A stretch of DNA of 64,000 nucleotides from Bdellovibrionales bacterium (GCA_964230645.1 CAXRHT010000002.1:1600001-1664000); one strand, 5' to 3'. Shown: positions 29,271-39,595, counted from the first letter of the stretch. A program made the numbers and translations. The notes: a model not told the origin generated them from the letters alone.

Positions 29271-30401
29271 CTAGATTGTGATGTCGTCCTCTGAAAACTT
29301 ACGGTCACGACCTGTGGAAGTTATATCAAGCTCTCCCTCATTGACCTTGAAGAGTAGTGGCCGCCCGTATTCATCATTTTTATGAAGGGATAAACTTTCT
29401 ACTTGTTTTTCCTTGTCATATTTTACTCTTCTCCAGCCCTTTTCACCTGGAGAATCAAGAAGGGCCACGACATTGTTTTTATTACCTTTAAAATAGTTTT
29501 GCCACGCGCTCATTTTTTTCTCTGTTAGGATGACTCTTGAGTAATCAATAGCCGGCATGGAAATCGCTGAAAAGCATCCTGGCGCCCTATCCAGTGCCGT
29601 ATTGATAACTTCATCGACATTCGTAATGCCTTCGCTCAAAAGATTTTGTAATTTAGTGGCCAGATATTTTCTCGTATTATCCAACTGCTTTTTCTGAATC
29701 GCTTTTTTTCCAAATTCGTCTATGTATTTTAATACAAGGCCCTTGTCGGCATGGTTTTTTGATTCAACCACCATGCGGTAACGGGGAAGATATTCAGGCA
29801 TATTGAGATGCTCACGAGAATTGATGACTGTCATGAGATTGGCAATGCTGCCTGTGCTCTGGAAGGCTTTTTGGTCGGAATTTATGAGCTTGGTTAGCCT
29901 TTCTTTCGAACATTGAGGTTTTGCACTTAAAAACCTATGAGTTTTATGTATATATGATTTTTTTACATCCTCCCCAATGCTCTCCCAATCTTGCTGTGAG
30001 AATCTTTTCTCAAAAGATTGAATCCGGTTGTTAATGGCTTTACAAAACTTTTGGGCCTCCTTGACGTCATTTGCAAATTTATCCTCACTATCTTCCTTTT
30101 CATCCCCTTCCTCCTTCGAGTTTTCAATAATAGCCTTTAGTGACTGGCTCATACTTCCAAGAGCTATATTCTGACAAAGCTTAAATTTCTCGAACTCATC
30201 GGACTCTTTGTGAAATTTCCCAACAAGCTCTTTCATTTCAGCCGCCTGTTTTTCTCCAAGCTTTGCCGTTTTACCCAAAACCTCTTCAATCTCATTTTGT
30301 CCGGCCAATAAAGGGTCCTTTTTATCTTTATTAGCTTTGGTGCAAGAAATGATCAAAAAACTGAAGGTAAAAATGAATAGAATGGATAAAATATTTTTCA
30401 T
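29271..30401 (-). CDS. Hypothetical lipoprotein with a GspG/pseudopilin-like C-terminus (paralog of 52043..53203)
   Basis: Lipobox IISC; C-terminal DEYGRPLLF...STGRDRKFSEDDI. Confidence 0.7.
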   Translation of the reverse strand: MKNILSILFIFTFSFLIISCTKANKDKKDPLLAGQNEIEEVLGKTAKLGEKQAAEMKELVGKFHKESDEFEKFKLCQNIALGSMSQSLKAIIENSKEEGDEKEDSEDKFANDVKEAQKFCKAINNRIQSFEKRFSQQDWESIGEDVKKSYIHKTHRFLSAKPQCSKERLTKLINSDQKAFQSTGSIANLMTVINSREHLNMPEYLPRYRMVVESKNHADKGLVLKYIDEFGKKAIQKKQLDNTRKYLATKLQNLLSEGITNVDEVINTALDRAPGCFSAISMPAIDYSRVILTEKKMSAWQNYFKGNKNNVVALLDSPGEKGWRRVKYDKEKQVESLSLHKNDEYGRPLLFKVNEGELDITSTGRDRKFSEDDITI

Positions 30402-30469
30402 GCATAATCCTTGTGATAATCCGTAATGAACACGGCTCTTAGTTTATAAGCTCAATTACAACAATCCCG

Positions 30470-31399
30470 TTATTTTTTCAGCCCCAAATTCTCAACCCAA
30501 GAGTCATACTGGTTCAGCGAGCCTGGCACAACCACTTCTACGTGTTCATTGGCTAGTTTTTTCATCGTACCTAAGTATTTTTCTTTGAGTTTGAGTTCGA
30601 AGGCTTCCTCACCCCCTGGGGTGGTTAGCACTTGACCGATTTTCTCGATAGACTCAGCTGTGGCTTTGGCTACAAGTAAAATTTCTTCCGCTTGTCCTTG
30701 GGCCTCATTGATTCTCTTTTCCATATTTCCCTCAGAAATATTGATCATTTCAGCCTTCATTCCCTCCGATCGATTGATACGAGATTGTTTGTCTCCCTCG
30801 CTGTTAGCGAGAATAGCCCTGCGGTCTCTTTCGGCTGTGACTTGCTTTTCCATAGCCGCTTGCACGGTTTCTGGGGGCGCAATGTTCTTAATTTCGTAAC
30901 GGTGCACGCGAATGCCCCAGGACTCACCGGCTTGATTGAGAACCTCAACGACTTTTGAGCTGATGAGGTCCCTTTCTTCAAAAGACTTGTCCAGATCAAG
31001 AGTTCCTATTACAGAGCGGGTCGTTGTTTGGGCCAGTTCAACGGCTGCAAACTCAAAGTCGGTCACTCCGTAGCTAGCTTTAGAGGAATCAATTACTGAC
31101 ATATAAATAACACCGTCAACAATAACATTCACCTCATCCATGGTGAAACAATCCTGAGGAGGCACATCAATCGTTCTTTCTTTTAAATCCTGAATGAATG
31201 TTACTTGATCGATGAAGGGTACGAGAGCATGGAATCCTGCCTCTAGAGTTTTATGATACTTACCCAAGCGTTCGACAATATAGGTTTTCCTAGTGGGCAC
31301 AATCCGAATGGACTGAATGAACTTAATGATGACAATTAAAAAGAACGCGCCCCAAAATATTAAATTAAAAACATCCCAAAAACTATTTATTCCAGACAT
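30470..31399 (-). CDS. SPFH/stomatin-like (paraslipin, QmcA-type) protein
   Basis: IVERLGKY, AQTTTRSVIG, WGIRVHRYEIKNI and AERDRRA. Confidence 0.93.
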   Translation of the reverse strand: MSGINSFWDVFNLIFWGAFFLIVIIKFIQSIRIVPTRKTYIVERLGKYHKTLEAGFHALVPFIDQVTFIQDLKERTIDVPPQDCFTMDEVNVIVDGVIYMSVIDSSKASYGVTDFEFAAVELAQTTTRSVIGTLDLDKSFEERDLISSKVVEVLNQAGESWGIRVHRYEIKNIAPPETVQAAMEKQVTAERDRRAILANSEGDKQSRINRSEGMKAEMINISEGNMEKRINEAQGQAEEILLVAKATAESIEKIGQVLTTPGGEEAFELKLKEKYLGTMKKLANEHVEVVVPGSLNQYDSWVENLGLKK

Positions 31400-31409
31400 T
31401 CGAACCTCC

Positions 31410-32327
31410 TTACTTCAACGACTTCATGGGTTTAACAAGTTTTTCAGTGCCATCAAAAAAGGCCTTCAAATTGGCCATTCCTTCAGGAAGAACCGTGACC
31501 GAGGCTGCACCTAGGACTTTCTCCAATTCACCAATATATTGTTCAAGCAATTGCATTTTCACAGCCATGCTACCGCCAGGCTTGTTGACCGCTTGGGCGA
31601 CCATAGCCGAACCCTCTGCCGTAGCGTTAGCTAGTAACTCAATTTCTTTTGACTTTCCCTTGGCGTGATTGATTCTCTTTTGCTTTTCCCCTTGGGAGAT
31701 ATTGATACTTTCTTGCCTCATTCCTTCAGAAATGATGATCTGTTTTTCTTTTTCAGCGGTCGCAAGAGTAATATCAGCTCTCTTTGCACGCTCGGCCTCC
31801 ATCTGCTTTTCAAGGGTCACTAGTACGTGTCTTGAAGGCGCAACATTCTTGATTTCGTAGCGTAAAACTTTAATGCCCCAAGGGTTACTAGCCTCATCAA
31901 TTTCGCGAACGATTTTATCATTGAGTTCGTCTCTTTCACTGAAGATTCGACTTAAACTCAAACGGCCCACTTCCGAACGCATCGTCGTTTGCGCCAAGTT
32001 CACTGAAGCATTGCGATAGTCACCAATTCCATAACTGGCTTTTTTAGGATCAATGACCTTAAGGTAAATCAATCCATCAACTTCCACTTGCATATTGTCA
32101 TTGGTTATACAAGTTTGGGAAGGGATATCGAAGACTTGCTCTCTGATCTCATGTCGATAGGCCACTCGATCAAAAAAGGGTATCAGGAAATGGAAACCAG
32201 GCTCTAAAACTTTCTTAAATTTACCCAGCCTTTCAACAACGATACTCTCGCGCATATGTACAACAACAAAAGTGTTGTACAGGACCAAAAGAGCAATAAT
32301 GACTAAAATAGTAAATGCGGTTAACAT
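31410..32327 (-). CDS. SPFH/stomatin-like (paraslipin, QmcA-type) protein
   Basis: VVERLGKF, LAQTTMRSEVG, WGIKVLRYEIKN and QMEAERAKRA. Confidence 0.93.
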   Translation of the reverse strand: MLTAFTILVIIALLVLYNTFVVVHMRESIVVERLGKFKKVLEPGFHFLIPFFDRVAYRHEIREQVFDIPSQTCITNDNMQVEVDGLIYLKVIDPKKASYGIGDYRNASVNLAQTTMRSEVGRLSLSRIFSERDELNDKIVREIDEASNPWGIKVLRYEIKNVAPSRHVLVTLEKQMEAERAKRADITLATAEKEKQIIISEGMRQESINISQGEKQKRINHAKGKSKEIELLANATAEGSAMVAQAVNKPGGSMAVKMQLLEQYIGELEKVLGAASVTVLPEGMANLKAFFDGTEKLVKPMKSLK

Positions 32328-32345
32328 GTGTATGTCTCCTTTTAA

Positions 32346-32780
32346 CTAAATTGATTTTACGATGAGAGTGCTACCATCTTGGTTAACCACTCGAACTTTA
32401 CTACCTAAAGGAAATTCCTCTTCACTTCGTGCTTGCCATGTACTGCCTCGAAAACGCACTCTTCCCTCTTTGTGTGGAAGCACTTCTTCGCAGACCTCTA
32501 CAATGGCACCAATAACATCTTTACTTTCATCCACATCATCCACTTTTGAATCACCTTCAAAGTACTTCATAAAAAATGAGCGTAGGACTAATACGAGAAA
32601 AAGAGAGCTTATAAACCAAGCGATCAAAGCTCCCGCGACCGTATTGATAAAGCCGAGGTGTAGTGCGAGCCCAACAAACAAGGCCGCAAAACCAAGAAAT
32701 ACGATGATTCCACCTGGTAAAATGACTTCCAATAAAACTAGAATAATCCCAAAGATAACCCAATACATGGACATTTCCAT
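32346..32780 (-). CDS. NfeD-like membrane protein (YbbJ type)
   Basis: WVIFGIILVLLEV plus an OB-fold segment GRVRFRGSTWQARS; adjacent to the SPFH genes. Confidence 0.9.
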   Translation of the reverse strand: MEMSMYWVIFGIILVLLEVILPGGIIVFLGFAALFVGLALHLGFINTVAGALIAWFISSLFLVLVLRSFFMKYFEGDSKVDDVDESKDVIGAIVEVCEEVLPHKEGRVRFRGSTWQARSEEEFPLGSKVRVVNQDGSTLIVKSI

Positions 32781-33532
32781 TAGAACTCCTCTTTCACAAA
32801 GTGATCATGAATAAATAAAAAGTTGGTCTTATTAACTTTTAACTCTTCAGCCCGGTCTTCTATAAAATTTATTTCTTCCCCACTAATTCTTCCATCGGCT
32901 TTCGCAAAAAGAAATAAAATCCAAATTAAAAAATGCCGCATCTCTATGCGTTGAAAAAATTGCGGAATCTTATCGTAGCTCACCTTTTCCACACCATAAG
33001 CACTGAGTTCTTTGTAGTTTTTTAACAATGTAAACAGGGACAAGATGTGCTTGATCGTCTTAACCTCTTCTTCGGTGATCTTGTTGTCACAACCGGCTAG
33101 AGAGAACAAAAGCTTTCCTATTTCGAACACTAATTCTTTTTTTTGTCTTTTATTAAGGTCTAAAGTTAAAACATCAAAAATAGAGCGATCAAAGAATTGC
33201 TCACGATTGTCTTCGAAATAGGCTCTTAAAATAGGATCCAAAAACATGACCTGATAAGAAATTCCAGAAAAGATGGAAGAAAAGTTGGCCATCGTTTTTT
33301 CACTGGAGAAAGACTCCATCTCGTTATCAAATCCCACCAATTGATCCAAGCTTAAGCCATAGAGGTCGGCTAGTTGAAGAGCCACAGTCATTGGAAGTTT
33401 AAGGCGCCCCACCTCATAATCTCTCATCGTTAATGGACGCAAGCCGAGCTCGGCTTCCACCTCTTTTTGAGTGAGACCAGCGGTTTCTCTGGCTCTTTTT
33501 AAGGCTTTGATGGGGTCAAGATCGCTATACAT
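32780..33532 (-). CDS. XRE-family HTH regulator fused to TerB-like domain(s)
   Basis: LKRARETAGLTQKEV...YEVGR HTH; TerB-like LAGCDNKITEEE and AKADGRISGEE. Confidence 0.8.
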   Translation of the reverse strand: MYSDLDPIKALKRARETAGLTQKEVEAELGLRPLTMRDYEVGRLKLPMTVALQLADLYGLSLDQLVGFDNEMESFSSEKTMANFSSIFSGISYQVMFLDPILRAYFEDNREQFFDRSIFDVLTLDLNKRQKKELVFEIGKLLFSLAGCDNKITEEEVKTIKHILSLFTLLKNYKELSAYGVEKVSYDKIPQFFQRIEMRHFLIWILFLFAKADGRISGEEINFIEDRAEELKVNKTNFLFIHDHFVKEEF

Positions 33533-33538
33533 ATATGT

Positions 33539-33567
33539 ATAATATATTACCTTATTAGCTTTTGCAA
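33539..33567 (-). promoter_or_regulatory. Putative sigma70 promoter giving a leaderless transcript
   Basis: The minus strand reads TTGCAA-N17-TATTAT-N6-ATG, with no Shine-Dalgarno sequence. Confidence 0.55.
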
Positions 33568-33725
33568 GTGGATATATCCGTATATCATTTTTTGTAAAAT
33601 CAATACTTTATAGATGTATCTCGATTTATTTTTCTGAAGTGGAGGCCGATATCGGCGGCCCATCTTTGGGTTTAGGAATAGCTTCTCCTTGAAAATAGCT
33701 GGGTTAAAACATAAGTTTTTAAACC

Positions 33726-34466
33726 ATGAAACAACCTCTCCCTGAGATTCGATCTTTAAGAGATGCTTTCGCTTTTCGCGAGCATGTTGAGTCTTCCGCA
33801 AAAGAAGGTGGGCGAGAGGTGGTTGCGCAATTTTACCAGTATCCCGTTTTCTATTACGCCAATCATTTAAATCTCTCCGGACCTGGCGATATCGAAGTTT
33901 ATTCAGAACATCTTGAGAAATTGGATTTTGAATTAGAAGTGGCCATCGTTATTGGAAAAGAGGGAAAAAACATTCCGGCCAATAGGGCCGATGAGCATAT
34001 AGCCGGCTTCACTATTATGAATGACTTCTCCGCTCGCCATATTCAATGGGATGAAATGAAAGTGAAACTCGGTCCCCATAAAGGAAAAGACTTTGCCACA
34101 GCCCTAGGGCCTCACCTCACTCCCCTTTCGGATTTAAATGAATTTCGACAGGACACAGAAAAAGGCTCACAGTGGCACATGAAAATGCAGGCTTTTGTGA
34201 ATGATGAGCTCATCAGCCAGGGTAACCTAGGCGACATGTATTTTACTTTTGCTCAGATTATCGAAAGAGCGTCTTTTGGCACCACCCTTTACCCAGGGGA
34301 ATGCATTGGCTCAGGGACTGTGGGCTCAGGATGTTTCCGAGAGTACAATTATTCTCAGAGACTTAAAAACCCAGAACATAAAGATCGATGGCTAAAGCCC
34401 GGTGATGTCATTCGCTTAAATGTCGAAGGTCTCGGAGAACTCGAAAATAAAATTATCTTAAAATAA
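33726..34466 (+). CDS. Fumarylacetoacetate hydrolase-family protein
   Basis: RDAFAFREH, LDFELEVA, MNDFSAR, KGKDF and GSGTVGSGC. Confidence 0.9.
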   Translation: MKQPLPEIRSLRDAFAFREHVESSAKEGGREVVAQFYQYPVFYYANHLNLSGPGDIEVYSEHLEKLDFELEVAIVIGKEGKNIPANRADEHIAGFTIMNDFSARHIQWDEMKVKLGPHKGKDFATALGPHLTPLSDLNEFRQDTEKGSQWHMKMQAFVNDELISQGNLGDMYFTFAQIIERASFGTTLYPGECIGSGTVGSGCFREYNYSQRLKNPEHKDRWLKPGDVIRLNVEGLGELENKIILK

Positions 34467-34475
34467 AGGACGACT

Positions 34476-34847
34476 ATGCATTTGAGCAAAGACCCTAATG
34501 AAAAACCGGCACCTGAAATTCTGTTTGAGGATTTTTTAAAAGTGGACATTCGCGTGGGTGAAATTAAGTCGGCAGAAGTTTTTAAAGAAGCCCGTCATCC
34601 CGCCTATATCTTAATGATCGATTTCGGCGAGGGTGTGGGCCTTAAGAAATCAAGTGCTCAGATTACAGAAAACTACAAATGCTCAGACCTAGTCGGGAAA
34701 AAAGTCGCAGCAGTGGTCAACTTCCCCCCTCGTCAGATTGGACCGCTCCGCTCCGAAGTTTTAACCTTAGGCTTTGGCGACAATCAGGATAATGTGGTTT
34801 TATTCTCGCCTGATCAAGAGGTCCCCAACGGGGCTCGTTTGCTTTAA
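34476..34847 (+). CDS. csaA: tRNA-binding protein / secretion chaperone CsaA
   Basis: DFLKVDIRVG, SSAQIT, VVNFPPRQIG and SEVLTLG. Confidence 0.9.
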   Translation: MHLSKDPNEKPAPEILFEDFLKVDIRVGEIKSAEVFKEARHPAYILMIDFGEGVGLKKSSAQITENYKCSDLVGKKVAAVVNFPPRQIGPLRSEVLTLGFGDNQDNVVLFSPDQEVPNGARLL

Positions 34848-34909
34848 AAAAGTCCTCATTGAGGTCACAATCTGTGCCGCCCTGCGAATGAGTAACAAAA
34901 CCGGATCTT

Positions 34910-35890
34910 GTGTTAACATCACCTTCCAACATCCAAGGAGTCAAAGTGGAACAGCCAGGCAGCTTGTTAAAAGACCAAAAGTTTTCTCATCCCAAAGTGA
35001 CAGCAAGTGGAGAGCCTCGTGCTTTTGTTGAACTTGAAGAGCTAAAAACGCTTTGGATCAACTCAGGAACTCTTTGTAATTTGCACTGTGACAATTGCTA
35101 TATTGAGTCTTCTCCGAAAAACGATCGATTGAGTTTTTTCCGAGTTTCGGATCTTAAGCCTTTCTTAAAAGAATTAGAGGAAAGGAAAGACCCCGTAGAA
35201 ATGATTGGCATCACTGGGGGAGAGCCATTTCTCAATCCAGAAATCACAGACCTTCTCGACGAAGTGTTGAAAGCGGGATTTGAAGCCTTAGTTTTAACAA
35301 ACGCTTTCCGTGTTTGGAAAAAACACAAAGATCGTCTTCTTCAACTTCAACAGACCTATGGAGACAAACTCCATATTCGCGTATCGCTGGACCATTATTC
35401 CAAAAAACTTCACGAGGCTGAGCGTGGTGCAGGAACATTCGAAAAAACCATGGAGGCCATGAAGTGGTTTTTTGATAATAATTTTGATCTCAGCTTGGCG
35501 GGAAGAAGTTTAATGGATGAGGATCTTGCGCAGGCGAGAGTAGAATTTCAAAAGCTTCTTAAGACCTACGATATAGATATAAGTCTTGAGGAAAAATTGG
35601 TTATATTTCCAGAAATGGATTTGAATCGAGACGTTCCTGAAATTACTACGGCCTGTTGGGATATTTTAAACAAAAAGCCCCAAGATCAAATGTGTGCCAC
35701 AGAAAGAATGCTGGTTTTACGCAAAGGAGAAGATCAAGCAAAAGTCCTTCCCTGCACTCTTCTTGCCTACGACCCTCAATTTGAAATGGGTACGAGCTTA
35801 TCGAATGCCGAGGAAAAAGTTTACCTCAATCACAAGTTTTGTGCTCAATTCTGTGTATTGGGTGGCGCCTCCTGTTCGAGCACCAAGTAA
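34910..35890 (+). CDS. Radical SAM protein (ArsS/selenodomain-system related)
   Basis: CNLHCDNC (CxxxCxxC), TGGEPF and extra C-terminal cysteines (MC, PC, HKFCAQFCVLGGASCS). Confidence 0.88.
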   Translation: MLTSPSNIQGVKVEQPGSLLKDQKFSHPKVTASGEPRAFVELEELKTLWINSGTLCNLHCDNCYIESSPKNDRLSFFRVSDLKPFLKELEERKDPVEMIGITGGEPFLNPEITDLLDEVLKAGFEALVLTNAFRVWKKHKDRLLQLQQTYGDKLHIRVSLDHYSKKLHEAERGAGTFEKTMEAMKWFFDNNFDLSLAGRSLMDEDLAQARVEFQKLLKTYDIDISLEEKLVIFPEMDLNRDVPEITTACWDILNKKPQDQMCATERMLVLRKGEDQAKVLPCTLLAYDPQFEMGTSLSNAEEKVYLNHKFCAQFCVLGGASCSSTK

Positions 35891-35893
35891 ATC

Positions 35894-36604
35894 ATGATTT
35901 CTGTTGTGGTTCCGACTTTTAATGAAGTTAAAAGTAATGCGAATCTTTTTTCCTACCTTGAAAACTTGGCAAAGTATTTTCCCGCGGAAGTCATCGTTGT
36001 CGATAGCCAAAGCCAAGATGGGACTTGGGAGAAAATTCCTTCAAACTGTCGGAAGTTTTCAATCGATGGCAAAACCCGCGCTGAGCGCCTCAACGAGGGT
36101 ATTAGAAAGGCCAATCATCCTATGGTCCTGCTTCACCATCCGAGAAGTCGTGTGGATAATGAAGGTATTTTTGAACTCGACAAAATAGCCTATGAGAAAA
36201 TTTGGGGCGGGTTCACCCACTGTTTCGATCACAAACATCCTATTCTTGATTTTACCAGTTGGTATTCTAATAGTGTGCGCTTGAAGTATCGAAAAATAGT
36301 TTATCTGGATCACTGTCTTTTTTTTCATAAAGACCTCCTTTCCGATGGTTACTCCATCGACCCGGTTGATATTTTTGAGGATACATTAATTTCTCTTGAG
36401 TTAAGAAAATCAGGCTTTCCCATAAAAATCCGCTACAAGAGTCAAACCTCCAGTGCCCGTTTTTTAAAAAATGGAATCCTGAAGCAATGCCTATTAAACG
36501 CTGGCATGAAACTTGGTTTTTATCTTAAAATTTCTCCTGAGAAAATGAATCAGATCTATGAAAAAGGTTTGTCTCTGAACACAGAATATAAAAAAAGAAA
36601 TTAG
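35894..36604 (+). CDS. Family 2 glycosyltransferase (TIGR04283-like)
   Basis: ISVVVPTFNE, VIVVDSQSQDGT, RAERLNEG, IFED and TSSARF. Confidence 0.8.
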   Translation: MISVVVPTFNEVKSNANLFSYLENLAKYFPAEVIVVDSQSQDGTWEKIPSNCRKFSIDGKTRAERLNEGIRKANHPMVLLHHPRSRVDNEGIFELDKIAYEKIWGGFTHCFDHKHPILDFTSWYSNSVRLKYRKIVYLDHCLFFHKDLLSDGYSIDPVDIFEDTLISLELRKSGFPIKIRYKSQTSSARFLKNGILKQCLLNAGMKLGFYLKISPEKMNQIYEKGLSLNTEYKKRN

Positions 36605-36626
36605 ACCTTAAAAAAAGGAGTAACTA

Positions 36627-37244
36627 ATGGTTTTTTATACCAATCCCCACTCACGCAGTCAGATCGTAGCCTGGATGTTAGAAGAGATCGCTGAACCCTA
36701 CGAAACCAAACCTCTTCAATACGGAGAGGAAATGAAGCATCCCAGTTATTTAAAAATAAATCCTATGGGTAAGGTGCCCACCCTTATCCACGATGATAAT
36801 ATTGTTACAGAGTGTGCTGCCATATGCGCCTATCTCGCAAACGTTTATCCCGAAAAGAAACTTATGCCTAAAAATATGAAAGAGCAGGCTGAGTATTTTC
36901 GTTGGCTCTTTTTTGCCTCGGGCCCTCTAGAGTTAGCTATCAGCTTTAAAAACCTCAAGGTGGAGATTCCCAAGGATAAAGAAAGAATGTTGGGCTTTGG
37001 AAATTTTGACCAGACTGTGGACTGCTTAGCAACGGCTTTGAGAGGTCAGAAATTTATTGCGGGTGATCATTTCACCGCCGCTGATGTCTATGTGGCTTCT
37101 CAAATTGGTTGGGGCTTAGAATTCGGAACTCTTCCGAAAAAATCCGAATTTGTAGAGTATTGGGATCAACACAAAGAACGTCCGGCTCTTCTTAGCGCCC
37201 AAAAAAAAGGAAGTGGGCTAGCAAAAAAAATGGGCCTTGAATAG
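36627..37244 (+). CDS. Glutathione S-transferase
   Basis: SRSQIVAWMLEE, INPMGKVPTL, ECAAICAYLA and FTAADVY. Confidence 0.92.
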   Translation: MVFYTNPHSRSQIVAWMLEEIAEPYETKPLQYGEEMKHPSYLKINPMGKVPTLIHDDNIVTECAAICAYLANVYPEKKLMPKNMKEQAEYFRWLFFASGPLELAISFKNLKVEIPKDKERMLGFGNFDQTVDCLATALRGQKFIAGDHFTAADVYVASQIGWGLEFGTLPKKSEFVEYWDQHKERPALLSAQKKGSGLAKKMGLE

Positions 37245-37300
37245 GCCAGACGAGAGAATGGGGACATGACAATTGCCGTTGATTGAACTAAAAGAAAATC

Positions 37301-39043
37301 ATGTACCAACTGCGAGAATACCAAAGAGAAGCGGTCGATAAGACTCTTCACTACTTTAAAAAAAGGCGAGATCCCGCTGTCATCGTCCTCCCAACGGGAG
37401 CCGGCAAGAGTCTCGTCATTGCGGAACTTGCACGTATTGCCAGAGGTCGAGTTCTAGTCTTGGCCCACGTAAAAGAGTTGGTCGAACAGAATCACTCTAA
37501 ATACGAAAGTTATGATTTAAAAGCGGGAGTTTATTCCGCGGGCTTAAAAAAGAAAGACAAGGATCATAAGGTTATATTTGGTTCTATTCAGTCGGTTGCT
37601 AATGCGCCCAATTCTTTTTTCAAAGACTTCACCCTTCTGATCGTTGACGAATGTCACCGAGTCAGTCTTGAAAAGGATACGCAGTACAATAAGGTGATCG
37701 ACAAGTTAAGAGCCCATAACGCCAACCTATGCATCCTTGGTCTTACGGCAACACCTTACCGTATGGGGATGGGATGGATTTATAATTTTTCTCATCGCGG
37801 TGTGGAGCAAACCAAAGAAGATCGCTTCTTTAAGCAGTGTGTTTTTGAGCTTCCCCTTCAGTACATGATCAAAAACAATTACCTAACCCCTCCGGTAAAA
37901 GTGGACATCCCTGTCACTAGTTATGACTTCTCTGAGCTCATGGAAAAAGGAGCGCCCTTTTCAAGCACCCAGATCGAGGAGATATTAAAAAAGCAAAGAA
38001 AGCTCACTCCCCTAATCATTAAAAACATTGTTGATATTACCGAAAATTACAATCGCGAAGGGGTAATGATATTCAGTAGCACGGTCAAACATGCCCAAGA
38101 GATCCTAGAGTACCTACCCGAGGGCCAAGCAGAAATTATTCTTGGCGAAACGGATGATGAAAAAAGAAACCAGATTATTGAAGACTTTAAAAAAAAGAAG
38201 TTTAAATATTTGGTGAATGTCTCTGTACTCACAACCGGTTTCGATGCTCCCCATGTGGACGTGATAGCGATCCTTCGCCCTACAGAATCAGTGAGTCTTT
38301 ACCAACAAATCATTGGAAGAGGCCTTAGACTTAATGATTCGAAAAAAGATTGTTTTGTGCTCGATTACACCGGTATGGGCCACAATATTTACAGTCCTGA
38401 AATTGCCGATAAAAAACCGGCAAAAGACTCAGTAGCCGTTCAAGTGGAGTGCCCTGACTGTGGTTTTCTCAATGATTTCTGGGGCCGAACCGATGAGTTT
38501 GGCTATGTGGTTGAGCACTTTGGACGCAAATGTAAGGGGGCGAAGCAAAACCCGGAAACTCTCGAGTATGTACCCTGTGGATTTCGTTTTCGCTTTAAAA
38601 CTTGTGACAAATGCCAGGCCCAAAACGACCTCACAGCCCAATCCTGCACGAAGTGTGGCCATGAACTCACCTCGGCTGACGCCAAGCTCAAACAAGCCCG
38701 ACTTTCTAAGAATGCTCATGTTCTGAAACCCGACTCTGTGGAGATGCTTGAGCGTTTCGATAAAAATAAAAATCCATTTTTAGAGATTCGCTACTATGAC
38801 TGGGATGCCAATTATCTTTCTGAGATTCATTACCTCAATAACCAGACGGCTCTTAAAAAGTTCAACATTAACTTTCTCCGCTCCCACCTCAAGCGTCCAG
38901 AGTTGAAACTTGATATTCATTCAGTCAATGAAGTGATTGGTTTACAGTCTCAGCTACGAATGCCTTCATTTGTTATTGGACGCAAACAAGGTAAGTTTTG
39001 GAAAATCACCGAAAAAGTTTTTATCGAAGAACTGGGGCTTTAG
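37301..39043 (+). CDS. radD: DNA-repair helicase RadD (YejH)
   Basis: [27 protein letters not shown] and QIIGRGLR, a Cys-rich zinc region and a RadD-like C-terminus. Confidence 0.9.
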   Translation: MYQLREYQREAVDKTLHYFKKRRDPAVIVLPTGAGKSLVIAELARIARGRVLVLAHVKELVEQNHSKYESYDLKAGVYSAGLKKKDKDHKVIFGSIQSVANAPNSFFKDFTLLIVDECHRVSLEKDTQYNKVIDKLRAHNANLCILGLTATPYRMGMGWIYNFSHRGVEQTKEDRFFKQCVFELPLQYMIKNNYLTPPVKVDIPVTSYDFSELMEKGAPFSSTQIEEILKKQRKLTPLIIKNIVDITENYNREGVMIFSSTVKHAQEILEYLPEGQAEIILGETDDEKRNQIIEDFKKKKFKYLVNVSVLTTGFDAPHVDVIAILRPTESVSLYQQIIGRGLRLNDSKKDCFVLDYTGMGHNIYSPEIADKKPAKDSVAVQVECPDCGFLNDFWGRTDEFGYVVEHFGRKCKGAKQNPETLEYVPCGFRFRFKTCDKCQAQNDLTAQSCTKCGHELTSADAKLKQARLSKNAHVLKPDSVEMLERFDKNKNPFLEIRYYDWDANYLSEIHYLNNQTALKKFNINFLRSHLKRPELKLDIHSVNEVIGLQSQLRMPSFVIGRKQGKFWKITEKVFIEELGL

Positions 39044-39052
39044 CTCTGAAGG

Positions 39053-39199
39053 TTACTCTGTAATATCTTCTACAGGAACGGCAGGCTCCTCAGTGGTCAC
39101 TTCACTATCTGGCGAATAAAGTAGAGGATAGGCAATCAGAGTCAAAACAAAAGCCAGCCCAATAAAAATGGCCACCTTTCGTTTATTCTTTTTAGACAT
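39053..39199 (-). CDS. Small single-pass membrane protein (48 aa), below the ORF-track cutoff
   Basis: MSKKNKRKVAIFIGLAFVLTLIAYPLLYSPDSEVTTEEPAVPVEDITE has a basic N-terminus, one TM helix and an acidic tail; AAGGAG lies upstream. Confidence 0.6.
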   Translation of the reverse strand: MSKKNKRKVAIFIGLAFVLTLIAYPLLYSPDSEVTTEEPAVPVEDITE

Positions 39200-39410
39200 A
39201 AACAAGGTACACTCCTTTGTGAAGCCCTTTTATAATTCAAAATCTGGGGAATTCCATTCTTTCTCGGTTTTGTGTAGAAAATTGAACAATGAAGCATTTC
39301 ACTCTTCAGTTCTCGATCAAGAAACTATAGAAAATTTCAAATAATTCTTCTAGATTTGTAGCTCGACCTCCAGAGAAAGATACGCCCCTGCCCCTCTCAA
39401 CGTGTTTACT

Positions 39411-39595
39411 TTCTGACCGTATTGTCCTGAGCCTTTGATCATTCTGAGCCGTCCGTCATTCTGAGCATAGCGAAGAATCTACGACATTGAGTTTCCATGA
39501 TCGACCATAGCCCTCGGCAATAGTTCCTTCGCTACGCTCAGGAAGACAATCTGGCTAGCTCAGGAAGACAATATCGATACGTTCAGGACCACGAT
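39411..39595. repeat. Degenerate REP/REPIN-like palindromic element
   Basis: GTCATTCTGAGCATAGCGAAGAATCT (39455-39480) with an imperfect inverted arm at 39522-39547, flanked by partial tandem copies. Same family as 55076-55460. Confidence 0.75.

Noticed and set aside
33547..33801. 84-aa minus-strand ORF upstream of the XRE-TerB gene
   Set aside because: It overlaps the FAH gene start and the promoter region and shows no protein-like features.
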